Assembly (NCBI GenBank): GCA_964016885.1
Contig: OZ024743.1
Location: 163,742,001-163,806,000, forward strand
DNA length: 64,000 nt
From: Eledone cirrhosa
Taxonomy: Eukaryota
Direction of reading: 5' to 3'
A model generated the notes under the pieces. That model was not told the origin of the DNA, did no database searches, and worked only from the letters and a program-made list of their open reading frames with translations. Both the position numbers and the translations under genes were made by a program. How positions within the stretch are numbered: the first letter of the stretch is position 1; the number at the start of each line of letters is the position of its first letter. Positions 1 through 12,094 of this stretch are shown in pieces.

Positions 1-602
1 CAGTGCTACTCCGGAGCAGTGGAAAACTGCCTGTGTCATTCCTCTGTTCAAAAATGGTGACCGCACGTTGCCTGTCAAATATCATCCAGTCAGTCTTACT
101 AGCTGCATTGCCAAACTGATGGAATCCTGTGTCAGAGAAACACTTTGGAACTTCTGGAATTCTCACAATCTTATCCAGCCCTTGCAATTTGAATTTATCA
201 CTAACTCCAGCTGCTGTGATCAACTTATCAAGTTTCTTGAAGACATCACCCGGATCACTGATGGGGGGCCCATGGGTGGATGTTGTTTACCTTTTTAATT
301 CTGTGCCACACAAAAAACTTATGTACCACCATGCATTTTGGGAGGAAAAACCCAGCGTCCACATACTCCCTCCACAACACTAATATCCAAAACGCTGTCT
401 TGTGAACGTGACCTGTTCATTACTGACAGCAGCGATTTGCGTTGGACGAAGGACAAAGCACGTCTCTAAAATTGTCAAGAATGCCGAGGGTGTCTTAGCA
501 TCACTCAGTAAGACCTTTGTCAGCCGCTCTCCAGCTATCTATTTAAAGCTGTATATAGCAGCCACACTTAGAATTTGCATTACCAGTCTGGAACTCCTAT
601 CT
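1..602 (+). mobile_element. Degenerate CR1/L2-type LINE reverse-transcriptase fragment, interrupted by the Gypsy element and resuming at about 5541-5590
   Basis: Translations WKTACVIPLFKNGD, YHPVSLTSCIAKLMES and VDVVYL..FNSVPH. Removing the LTR element and one TSD joins PVWNSYL|AQNIHLLETVKRHAK, a CR1-type C-terminal motif. Confidence 0.75.
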
Positions 603-958
603 TATAATGAAGAATGTAAGTCGTTAGATCAGAAGGCATTAAATAGACAAACTCCATTACAAGTATGTACTTCATTTATTCTTGCTTCACACTGTGAAAC
701 TCATTTTGCCTGTATTTCCATGTGTGAGATATGACAGGATATGGCGTATCGAAGAATCGACGTTTTGACGATAGCAGATTTTTCTGGAGACTGGTCTTCT
801 GTCTTAACTTCCGTTCTCTGGTCTAAGTAGTCCAGTTACTTGTATCGCTACGCCGAAGGTTTTGATTGGCTCACACTTCAGCCAATTTACTTCCATAACA
901 TTTTTCTTCCGCCGAAGGAAATTACATTTAATTACAAAGGATATATATTACTGCTACA
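603..958 (-). repeat. 3' LTR
   Basis: Differs from 5181-5536 at about 5 positions (counted by eye). On the minus strand it is preceded by purine-rich AGCAGAGGGTGA (putative PPT). Confidence 0.95.
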
Positions 959-1276
959 TCACCCTCTGCTTAGGCTTAAAGCCGACAGAGAAAAAAAGGG
1001 TAGCAGTTGCAAGAAAAAAAATATATATAACAGTAAATATATAATAAACAATATCAATTCACAGAAAACTAAATATTCATTTCACAGGAATGTCTGCGTT
1101 TTGCTTCAGAGAAAAAGAGGAAAATAAAAAAAAACTGAGCAGCAGAAATAGTCCAAAGTTCACATTAATTAATGCATTTAATATAAATACAAGAGAGGAC
1201 AAGAACTCAAAAAGCTTGCTCTATATAGCATAGTTCATATATATAGAGTCTTGCAAAGCTTCTTGGGCCAATGTAC

Positions 1277-4200
1277 TCAGCGACCACTACGTGTGGTGGT
1301 GACATATGTAGGTGGAGAAGGTGTGTGCAATGTTGCATGTGTAGCGTGTGTTGGCTGATGCAGAGTATATGTAGGGGGAATATGGGGCTCTTGTGTGAGA
1401 GTGTCTGTAAAGGCCCGTTTCACCTTATCGATGGATACAGTCTCTTTTTTACCACCAATGTCCAGAGTGAACAGTTTATCTGTGCGTGCAAGCACACGAT
1501 AAGGACCGGTATAAGGTGACCTGAGAGGAGCTCTCATGGCATCCTTCCATAGAAAGACGTAGGTCCACGAAGCAATGTCTTTCGGGACCGAAGACTTTAT
1601 TGTCTGTTGCTGAGGGTTCATAGGCGGAAGATTGTCAAAATAAGATCGCAGTCTGTTCACATACAGAGCTGGATCTGTTTCAGGTAAATCCATTGGGGTT
1701 AACATCTGACCCGGCAGAGATATAGGTACTCCGTAAACCAGTTCAGCTGGGGAGTATTCTAGATCCTCCTTGATAGCTGCACGACAGCCAAGAAGGACAA
1801 TTGGTACATACTCGCTCCATTGCTATTGACCCGGATAAGCACGCAATGCGGCTTTCAATTGGCGGTGGAAGCGCTCTATCATTCCGTTCGAAACTGAATG
1901 ATAGCTAGTCGTTCGGATGTGCTTAATTCCTAGGATCCTTAAAAGTTCTCGGAAGAGATGGGACTCAAACTGTCCACCACGGTCCATAGTGACAGTGGTT
2001 GGAACTCCGTAACGCAATATCCAACCCGATACTAGGGCTCATGCTACAGATTCCGCCGAAATGTCACTTAAAGGAATGGCTTCAGGCCAACGTGTGAAGT
2101 GATCAATACAGGTCAGGAGATAGGTAAATCCTTGGCTGACCGGCCATGGTCCAACGAGATCTATATGGACATGACTGAACCGAGCGTCTGGAGTGCTGAA
2201 AGTTCCGAGGGGTGCGCGGGTGTGTTTGTGCACCTTTGACTTCTGGCAGGACAAGCAGGAACGTGTCCAGGCAGTGATGTCACGCCTCATATTCGGCCAG
2301 AAGAATTTAGCCGAAATGAGCTTCACTGTGGTCGATATTCCAGGGTGTGCTAGACCGTGCAAGGTCTCGAAAACTGCACGACGATGAGTCGCTGGAACTA
2401 GAGGACGAGGTGAATTCGTCAAGGTGTCACAAATAATCTGTGTGTCCGAAGTGGGCACAGGATGATATGAAAATTTGCCAGTTGCAAATTCAGGAGACAA
2501 AAAATCCAAGGTGTCCAGGGGTGGCTGTTCTGTGGCCATCCATTGAAGGTCAATATCTGAAGGTGATGACAGGGAATTGATTGGGAGGCAAGACAAGGCA
2601 TCTGCCGCCGCATTCTGCTCACCGGAGATGTGTCGGATATCGCTGGTAAATTGCGAAACGAAGTCCAAATGACGAGTTTCGCGAGATGAATATTTATCCG
2701 GCTTAGAACCAGTGCGAACGTAAGCGGACGATGATCAGTGTAGATCGCAAATTGACGACCCTCCAGTGAATGCCGAAAGTGTTGCACTGCGACGTACATA
2801 GCCAGGAGTTCATGGCCGAACGTGCTATATCGTGTCTCTGCCGGTTTCAGTAGTCTCGAGAAGTACGCGAGCGGTTGTAGTCGTTGTTGGTGATGCTGTT
2901 GCAAAACTGCACCTACAGCTGTGCCCGATGCATCAACGACCAGTGAAAACTGGGCGCACCAGACACAGGATGTGCAAGCAGTGATGTCTCCACGAGTTTC
3001 TGCTTCACTTCATTGAAGGCTTTTAGCTGACTCGTGTCCAGTGTGATGGATTCATTTTTCCTTTTCCTGTTATGTAACAGGTCAGACAGAGGAGACAGGA
3101 GATCCGCACAGTGTGGGATAAAACGTCTGTAGTAGTTCAGCAGACCAAGGAAATGTCGTAGCTGGCGAAGTGAAGTGGGTGGTTGAAGGTCTTGTAGAGC
3201 TTTCACTTTGTCAGGTAGTGGTGATATTCCCTCAGGGCTGATGACATGGCCCAAGAAGACAAGTGAAGACGTACCGAAAACACATTTCGCCGGGTTAATT
3301 CGTACTTGATACTGCTGAAACCGCTCAAACAGTAGACGGAGGTGAGTGACATGTTCCTCGGGTGAGGCACTTGCCACGAGAATGTCATCAATGTAGTTAT
3401 ACACGAAGTCCAAATCACGCACAACTTCATCCATGAAACGTTGGAAAGTACTGGCTGCGTTTCGCAAACCGAAAGGAATAGTCAGAAATTCGAACGCTCC
3501 GAAAGGAGTTGTTACGGCAGTTTTAGGTATATCTGCTGGGTTCATTGGAATCTGGTGGTAAGCCTTGACCAAATCCAATTTAGAGAATGTCTTACATCCA
3601 TGAAGCGAAGACGCAAAATCTTGTATGTGTGGGATCGGGTACCGTCATCGCGTTTAACCGGCAAAAGTCCCCAGTCGGACGCCAATCACCGGAACGCTTC
3701 AGAACCAAATGCAAAGGAGCGGCCCACGGACTTGAGGATGGGCGTATGATCCCCAGCTGTAGCATGTGGTTAAATTCAGCCTTCGCTGCTTTCAATTTCT
3801 CCGCAGGGAGGCGGCGAGGGCGAGAAAATACAGGAGCGCCAGAAGTTTCGATATAATGTTATAATGTTATAATGCTCACCACAAAATTCAAATTTGTCAA
3901 TTCTGGGAAGGAATTTAGAAGCGACTGGAAAGGGTCCTCGGAAGCGGCAATGAAGAATACCAGGCTGATAGATGAGACAGTAGATCTCAAACCCGGAACT
4001 GAGAGTTCCATATTAGCATCCAACAACCGGCGTCTGCGCATATCCACTAAGAGGTTATAGTGGTGCAGGAAATCCGAGCCTAGAATAGGGTAAGGCAGAT
4101 CAGCGACCGTGAAAATCCATGTGAAGTCTCTTCGCAATTCCAGGTTCAAAGAACGAGAAATTTGACCATACGTAGAGATAGGAGAATGATTTACGGCTTG

Positions 4201-4335
4201 CAGAGAAATGGATGAAACTGGCGCCTGTATCCACTAGACATCGAGCTTGGGAAAACATGTCAGTTATGAAGAATGCACGATTATTTGGGAGTGTCAGAGG
4301 AGACTGTGCCGTGCTCAGGTCTCCTGAAATCCGTT
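1277..4335 (-). pseudogene. pol: Gypsy pol (protease, RT, RNase H, integrase) with several frameshifts and stops
   Basis: LVDTGA at about 4220-4237; [15 protein letters not shown]...YIDDILV; RH ELLAMY..TDHRPL; IN H-H-C-C, VHIDLVGP, DRGGQF, NGMIERFH; GPY motif in ORF 1277-1705. Confidence 0.93.
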
Positions 4336-5112
4336 TCCCCGGATGGAAAACGAACAGGGTTGTTTACAAGCGTGTGCTGCCATGCCAAAACGGCTGTGGT
4401 AGTAGCACAGTCCTGGCTTGCTTGTGTGGCGGCGGCATGGCGAGGGCGAACGGCTCTGGAAGCGACGTCTGGGCGATTGAGCCCTGGAGGTACTCAATTT
4501 TCTCACCTCTTTGATGAGTTGCTCTATGGCTTGAAGTATTGCCACAGACGCAAGTGAGTGATCAGTGTGGATGGCAGCTGCTGGAGAGAACGAAGAGACT
4601 GCAACCGGTGGCTGAGGTGCAACATAGGAGGCAGGGTTTCCAGTGAAACTTATAATTTTGTCGGCCGAAGACGCTAGCTGGTCGACTGTGGTAGACTCCA
4701 TCATAGGTGCTAAAACCGCTTGAACACTGGGCGGCAGCCTTGAAAAGAAAAGCTGTTTAAAGAGGGCGCTGTCAGCTGGGGCGTCTTCCGCCAGCTCTCT
4801 CATGCGACGCAGAAGCTGTGTGGGCGTCCGATCACCAAAATGTTCATCATTGACGAGTGTCTGGAATTTCTTCTCAGCGGACAACGTGGTCCGCCGCAAA
4901 ACCTCGCGTTTTACGCTCTCATAGGAGGCTCCAGGGGCAGGATCAGTTATCAGATCTTTAACAACCGTCGTCAATGACGCCGGGAAAGCACTCAAAAGCA
5001 TGTGTAGTTGTCTGACTTCAGATGTAATGTTGTTCGCAGTAAAGTGCGACTCTATCTGTGCGAACCAAACATTGACATCGCCGGTAAACGCTGGCAATGA
5101 GGTGCTACCCAT
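4315..5112 (-). CDS. gag: Gypsy Gag, 265 aa, open
   Basis: N-terminal LPAF..VWFAQIE; GDRTPTQLLRRM; C-terminal CYYHSRFGMAAHACKQPC (C-x2-H-x9-C-x3-C). Confidence 0.9.
   Translation of the reverse strand: MGSTSLPAFTGDVNVWFAQIESHFTANNITSEVRQLHMLLSAFPASLTTVVKDLITDPAPGASYESVKREVLRRTTLSAEKKFQTLVNDEHFGDRTPTQLLRRMRELAEDAPADSALFKQLFFSRLPPSVQAVLAPMMESTTVDQLASSADKIISFTGNPASYVAPQPPVAVSSFSPAAAIHTDHSLASVAILQAIEQLIKEVRKLSTSRAQSPRRRFQSRSPSPCRRHTSKPGLCYYHSRFGMAAHACKQPCSFSIRGNGFQET
4333..4339 (-). promoter_or_regulatory. -1 ribosomal frameshift slippery heptamer G GGA AAC
   Basis: Correctly phased X XXY YYZ in the gag frame. The -1 frame is open to the protease DTGA, and a stem-loop follows. Confidence 0.8.
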
Positions 5113-5180
5113 CGTGAATTATGGTATTCCGTAATAGGAAAATGCAGGCCAAGAGGAATATATTAAGAAATGTCAGCATT

Positions 5181-5536
5181 TATAATGAAGAATGTAAGTC
5201 GTTAGATCAGAAGGCATTAAATAGACAAACTCCATTACAAGTATGTACTTCATTTATTCTTGCTTCACACTGTGAAACTCATTTTGCCTGTATTTCCATG
5301 TGTGAGATATGACAGGATATGGCGTATCGAAGAATCAACGTTTTGACGATAGCAGATTTTTCTGGAGACTGGTCTTCTGTCTTAACTTCCATTCTCTGGT
5401 CTAAGTAGTCCAGTTACTTGTATCGCTACGCCGAAGGTTTTGATTGGCTCACACTTCAGCCAATTTACTTCCGTAACATGTTTCTTCCGCCGAAGGAAAT
5501 TACATTTAATTACAAAGTATATATATTACTGCTACA
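5181..5536 (-). repeat. 5' LTR
   Basis: Reads TGTAGCAG...CATTATA on the minus strand; near-identical to 603-958. Confidence 0.95.
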
Positions 5537-5587
5537 ATCTTGCTCAGAACATTCACCTCCTGGAAACTGTTAAGAGACATGCAAAAA

Positions 5588-6318
5588 GTGTGGATGCAGG
5601 CTGATCCCCACAACGGTTATAAACTTCTAAGTTTATACTGGGAAGGTTTCAAATCAGAGAGTTGTTAAGGACCTCACAAGAGACATATGGGGGACAAAAC
5701 CACCATGTGTATTGTGATAATTACTTTTTGTCTGTAAAACTGTTCGAGGAACTTTTTACAGAATGGGACTTATGCTTGCGACACAGTACGTAAACATAGA
5801 AGAGGCTTGCCAAAAGCTATCACTTTAGCCGAATTGTAAAAACAAGGTGACTTGATTCAAATACAAAAGGGGAAACTAATAGCAACAGCTTAGCATGATA
5901 AGAAGACCATAGCACTGCTGACAACCAAGGCCAGTTTGAATGACTGAACAAGTGTCCAGTGAAAATAATAGTTTGGGAAAAAGCACAATGTGCCATGCCT
6001 GAGATCAACAAAAAAAATTATACTGAGTCCATGAATGGTTTGGACCACATAGACCAGTTGAGATCCACCTTAATTTAACAAAATGTAAATATAATGAATT
6101 TTTTTGCAATATCCTTTAAAAAGTTTAGTTTTGAAACTTCACTGAAAATTTCTTGCTTTTATCTTTATTATTTATAAACTTAGAGCAGCTTTTGTATGGG
6201 CATGTTAAATAACAATTGATTCTCACTAGTCAGCTTAGGGAACTAGTGTCAAAATATCCTAATATTGTTCAGGGAGGTAATCAGTGATGGCAGATGGCAG
6301 CCATTAGAGAAGAAAGAG
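5588..6318 (+). mobile_element. Degenerate piggyBac transposase remnant with right end
   Basis: HHVYCDNYFLSVKL at 5701, YACDTVRKHRRGLP, YTESMNGLDHIDQLRS at about 6020-6066; ends AAAGAG|TTAA. Confidence 0.75.
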
Positions 6319-7415
6319 TTAACCATGTGTAGGTGTGTGTATGTGTATATATGTGGCTATATATATATATGTATCATCATCATCATCATCATTGTTTAAC
6401 ATCCATTTTCCATGCTAGCATATACATATGCAAATAAGACCATTGATTGTCTTAACCTGTAAACAAAACGCTAGAAAATACCATAAACCAGCAGCAGGCT
6501 TTCACTCAGTTCCTGCTGGGCCAACCGTTGACTTGACCCACATTCCTATATACTCTAAACTATGAACTGCACCAGCCATATATATCATCATCAACATCGT
6601 TTAATGTCCATTTTCTCTGCTAGCAAGGGCTGGATAAGCCAAATTAGTACACATATGGAGCTAATGACCTTAGATATGCCAGAGCCATGCATCTCACTTA
6701 CATATGTTCCTGCAGTCTACCAAGTGCATTTTATCATGACGGAGCTCTAGGAAGACTATAACGTCTTTGACACAGTAAGCTCTGCTCTGAGGAGACAATA
6801 AGTATACTGTTCACTAATGAACGTCCTTTGGAGCTGACAAAGATCATACTGACTATGGTTATTTCACAACATTTAAAATCCAAAGCCAATGCTACCATTT
6901 AATCAGAAGTTTACTCCTCCAGCCTAATAAGGAAGTTTTATGATTGTTTTGCTTATGTCTCTCTCACACACCCACACATTGCGGTCTCACCTCATACCAG
7001 ACAGCACATCCAATACAGTCGTTTCCTCTTTTATCTATCTTCTCTTAACTATTCTACCGGGTGAAGCCAGGTACCTCAGTTAGTAGCAATATAAGGTACA
7101 TGCACACACACAACTAAAGGCATATACCAAACACTCGTGATACAAATCAAATATCCCTTAGAAGAAACCCCAGATGACACTAATAATCCACTAAACACAA
7201 AGTACGACCCCATTTCACAACACAATTACACCAGCCGAATTGCCAAAACCTATCCTGTAGAATAAAGCATACATAATGATAGGTATAATGATACCACCAA
7301 CATATACAATACTCCACAATTGCCAACTAAATTAACTAACCAGCCAAAAGCTTACACAATACATCTACAACACCCATTTAATTTAACCTAGAACCACACC
7401 TCTACATAACACCTA

Positions 7416-7698
7416 CTCTCAGGTCCCAAATAAAAAGAGGTGGGGAAATCGATAATTTTTCTAGGTTGTCTCTCTTGATATTTAAAAAAAAAACAGAAAT
7501 GTAATTTTTTTGTCATGTACAATGTTTTTTAATGTCTAAAGAAAATTAGTTATTGAGGGAATGCTACCACTTAAAATAGAATTTTGCTGGAGATTAATTA
7601 ACAAAATTTAATAAGTGGCCCGGGGTTGGAAAAAAATCTGAAAAATTAATAAGCAGGGGTGTTGGGTGGGGCTGGGGTGATTATTCGAGACCTGAGAA
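7416..7698. mobile_element. Non-autonomous DNA transposon (MITE) with TA flanks
   Basis: Imperfect TIRs CTCTCAGGTCCCAAATAA / TTATTCGAGACCTGAGAA, with TA on both sides. Confidence 0.6.
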
Positions 7699-7760
7699 TA
7701 GGTTATAGGACGTGGAAATACCCCCCCCCCCCATATTTAATAAATTTATCTACAATAGAT

Positions 7761-8187
7761 CAGCATTTCTCAACCGATGTTCCCCAAAACCCTAGGTTTC
7801 CGTAAGAGGTCACTAGGAGTTCCACAAGAATCAGGGATAAATATGCTAATGCATTTTTTAGAAATTTTTGTTTAATTTTATATTTGTAATTTTAATATAT
7901 ATGTACGGCATGTTGTTGGAAAATACTTGGTTATTATAATAAAACTAGGTTGTCACCTGTGGCTACACAAACAACAAAAAATAGTAACTATATGTATTAT
8001 ATATATACATATGTGATGGACAAATGCCGTGGTCATTTTTTAAAGTCTGTGTTGCATTGCCTATATGTTGAAGGACATACAGAAACACACACACACATTT
8101 TTGTCCCACAATTTTTATGCAGGGTTCCCTGAGACATGAAAACTATTTCAAGGGGTTCCACAAGAATAAAAAGATTGAGAAACGCTG
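7761..8187. mobile_element. hAT (Charlie-like) MITE
   Basis: TIRs CAGCATTTCTCAACC / GATTGAGAAACGCTG; degenerate 8-bp flanks caatagat / atttagat. Confidence 0.65.
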
Positions 8188-8589
8188 ATTTAGATGGTTA
8201 AACCTCTTCATTGAATGACTGACTCACTGTCCCAATTACTTTACATTTCATTATTGCCATGTATTTGATTGTAACATTGGATTAAATTTCGCATCCTTTT
8301 TATTTTTCTCTTCCTTAATAAGTAGTCTCATCTCTGACCCCTCTCCCTTTGCTAACATTTCTCCAAACATATCACCTGTCGATCGAACCATTCCCTACAC
8401 CTCCACCCCACCCCATCAAGAGATAGATTTGAACCAAATTTAATAAAACAGATTTATTTATCATTTGCTATCAAAATGGTTAAATTTTAACCATAGGGCA
8501 GAAAATCCTTATAATATACACAGAACAGTCATATGTTCCATTAGCCATGATGAAGCCAAAACTCGACTTTTTCAGAGAAGAATGCACTG

Positions 8590-10260
8590 CCCAACATAGC
8601 TATTAGAGACATCAAAATAAGTTCAAGACAGAAAAGGAAACAGGAAAATATGGAGAAGGAAAGTTCCAGGGATAAATAACCTTTCTGTTAAATATAGGTT
8701 CAGGAAAGCTTTACATGAGGCATATATGAGAAGGAAGACGAGTTAGACATATGACATAGAGGACAATTGGAAGTTTCTATGTGATAACCTGAGAATACTT
8801 GTGGCTAGACAGTGGGTGACCAGGTTATAGAACAGCACAGTAGAGTTAGTAAAGCCAAGGCACTGTGTCAGTGTGAATCAGGATATTGTTGAAGAAAAAT
8901 GGGTTTGAAATGACACTGGTGCACTGATGCTCAAAAGAAAGGAGTCTGGAAATGCTACTATGAGAAGTTAATGAGTAGGGGAAATAAATGGGACGAATGG
9001 AGATGACCTCCAACTGACCCAACAGATGCACTACCGATTGAAATTGACCGGTATAGTAATCAAAGTGATAAAAAATGGTAAAGCTGCAGAACCATCTGAG
9101 ATAGTCACTGAAATGTTAGAAGCATCTGGGGAAGTCACCTGCATAGTCAATCTGATAATACAGGAGAAGGCCTGTACCCAATGCCTGGTGCAGAAGCATA
9201 ATCATTAATTACAAGGGAAAAGGGGATTCTCTAGAAAGGAGCAACTACAGAGGAATAAAACTAACGGATCAAGTTATGAAAATGACAGAAAGAGTTCTAG
9301 CACAACTAATTAGAGAAAGAGTCAAATTAGATGAGATGTAATTTGGTTTCATGCCTAGGAGGAGCACCACAGATGCCCTCTTTTTAGTAAGACAACTACA
9401 AGAGAAGTTCTTAGATAAGAGTAAGAGTTAGCCTCTATATCTAGCTTTTATTGATCTAGAGAAAACTTTTGTCAGAGTACCTTGATCTGTCGTCTGGTGG
9501 TCCTTAAAGAAACTAGGTGTAGAAGAGTGGCTTGTGAGAGCAGTGCGGAATAGTGAGAAATTCAAGGTACAAGTATGAGTGCATCAGGATTCAGTTCTTA
9601 GCCCCCTCTTGTTTATCCTAGTCCTCCAAGCCATAATTGAGGTGTTTCAGACTGGTTGTCCATTGGACTTTCTGTAGTCCAATAAACTGGTTCTCATAGC
9701 TGACAGCAGTGGGAACAAAACTTAGCATCAAAAGAGCTTAAAGTAAACTTAGCAAAAACCAAAATATTAATAAGTAGGAAAGAAGATAAGGTACCAATCT
9801 CATCAAGGAAGTGGCCGTGCTTGATATGTAGAAAATGAGTAGGCATAAACTCTATACAATGTACACAGTGCAAATGTTGGGTACACAAGAGGTGTAGTGG
9901 GATAACAGGCAGACTAACAGGAAAGGAAGATTTTGTATGTAGTAGATGTTCAAGGTCAATTGGTAGTAACAGTACCAATAATAATAATAAATAATATAAA
10001 CCTTTTCCAATTCCAGGAAGGTGATATAAGCAGAAGATGAGGGTACTCTGAGAGCAGTGTAGCTAGAATAAGGACAGGATGGAAGCAGTTTTGGGACTGC
10101 TACTTCTGTTGACTAGAAAAGGTTTCTCCTTACAAATGAAAGTTTGGCTGTATGGCGCTTGTGTGTGAAGTGGACTGCAACAAGTGGAGAGATGCTGTAC
10201 TAAGAAGGATCTGTTCAACCCATGCAAATGTGAAACAATAGCTGTAAGATGATGATGATG
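8590..10260 (+). mobile_element. Heavily decayed RTE LINE (PHD-containing type)
   Basis: KNGKAAEPSEIV, NYRGIKL and WPCLIC..CTQCKCWVHKRC remnants; ends in a (GAT)n tail. Confidence 0.8.
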
Positions 10261-10287
10261 TGTATTTATGTATGTATATATATATAT

Positions 10288-12088
10288 GCCGGTGTACTTA
10301 GTGTCACGAATGATCAGAAAAAGGAGGCCTGGAAATGTCATTATGAGAGACTGATGAATGTGGAGAACGAATTGGAGAGAGAGAAATTACCCTCAGTAGA
10401 TCCGACAGAGGGACCAGCTATTGAGATTGACGAATATAGGGTCCAAGAGGCGATTAGGGAAATGAAAAATGGTAAGGCTGCTGGACCATCGGGAATAGTT
10501 GCTGAGATGCTGAAGGCATCAGGGGACGTAGGCACTAAACTGGTTGCACGCATCATCAATCAGGCTATATATGGGGGTGTCATACCCAAAGACTGGTGCA
10601 GCAGTATTCTCATATATTGCTACAAAGGTAAAGGGGATGCTCTGGAGAGGAGCAATTATAGGGGTATAAAACTGATGGATCAAGTTATGAAAGTGGCAGA
10701 AAGGATATTAGCACAACTAATTAGAGAAAGGGTCAAACTAGATGAGATGTAGTTTGGTTTTGTGCCTGGGAAGAGTACAACAGATGCCCTCTTCTTGGTG
10801 AGACAATTGCAAGAGAGGTTCTTAGAGAAAAAAAATAAGCCACTATACTTAGACTTTGTTGACCTGGAGAAGGCCTTTCATAGGGTACCCTGATCTGTCA
10901 TCTGGTGGTCCCTAAGGAAACTAGGTGTTGAGGAATGGCTTGTGAGGACAGTGCAAACTTTGTACAGAGGTACTGTCAGTAAAGTCATGGTAGGAATGGA
11001 GTTTAGTGAGGAATTCCAGATACAAGTAGGAGTAAATCAAGGTTCGGTTCTCAGCCCGCTCTTGTCCATTATAGTCCTCCAAACCATAACAGAGGAGTTT
11101 AAGACTGGCTGTCCATGGGAACTTCTCTATGCTAACGATCTAGTTCTTATAGCAGAATCAGTAGAGGAGCTAGAGAATAAATTCTGGCTATGGAAACAGC
11201 AGTTGGAAGCAAGAGGACTGAGAGTGAACCTAGCTAAGACAAAAGTGTTGATTAGTACAAAAGAGGACAAAACTCTGATTCCGTCAGGGAAATGGCCATA
11301 TTCGATATGCAGAAAAGGAACTGGCATAAATTCTATAAAATGCACACAATGCAGATCCTGGGTACACAAGAGATGTAGCGAGATAGCAGGCAAACTAACA
11401 GGTAGAGAGGAATATGTATGCAGTAGATGTACAGGGAAATTAGACAGTAGAAGTCGCATTGATAGACACATTTTTCAAATGTAGGCGGGTGCTATAGAAG
11501 TGGTGGATAGCTTCCGGTACCTAGGAGATCAGATTAGCATGGGAGGGGGGTGTTCCGAGGCCATAGTATCTAGAATAAGGACGGGTTGGAAGAAGTTTAG
11601 GGAACTGCTTCCTCTGCTGTCGAAGAAGGGTTTCTCCCTGCGTACGAAAGGCCGATTATATGATGCCTGTGTGAGGAGCGCGATGTTGCATGGTAGTGAG
11701 ACATGGGCAACAACTGCAGAGGATATGCGACGGCTGGAGAGAAATGAGGCAAGCATGCTCTGTTGGATGTGCGTGAACGACCCAGCATGAATGTGTTGAG
11801 AGAGAAACTGTGTCTGAGAGGGATAGAATGTAGTGTACGGTATGAACATGTGATGCGCATGGAGGATGACCGATGGGTGAAGAAGTGACAGGAAATGCCA
11901 GTTGAAGGAAGACGTGGTAGAGGTAAACCACGAAAAACATGGGCGGAGGTGGTGAGAACAGACCTCAGATCGCTGAAGCTCATGGTGGAGATGACAAAGA
12001 ACCTCGACAAGTGGAGAGATGCTGTGCTGAATAAGACCCGTCCGACCCTTGCAAGCAAGGAAGAGCGGACGTAAAATGATGATGATGA
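10288..12088 (+). mobile_element. 5'-truncated RTE LINE, family A (PHD in ORF2, very short 3' end)
   Basis: ORFs 10249-10752, 10942-11484 and 11500-11790 give RT motifs QGSVLSP, LYAND, FRYLG, AMLHGSETW; (GAT)n tail; TA-repeat flanks. Confidence 0.92.
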
Positions 12089-12094
12089 TATATA

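Larger units (their letters stand above)
603..5536 (-). mobile_element. Full-length Ty3/Gypsy LTR retrotransposon, CsRn1/Kabuki/Boudicca-like
   Basis: Two 356-bp direct LTRs; 4-bp TSD ATCT (599-602 and 5537-5540); domain order gag-PR-RT-RH-IN; CHCC gag knuckle. Confidence 0.95.

Noticed and set aside
402-1127. ORFs 402-734, 840-1127, 5121-5312 and 36599-37084 sharing identical peptides
   Set aside because: They are chance read-throughs of the three LTR copies on the antisense strand, not a gene family.
959-1276. Possible env or extra ORF between integrase and the 3' LTR
   Set aside because: Only about 320 bp, T-rich on the sense strand, with no sense ORF; an ordinary 3' UTR.
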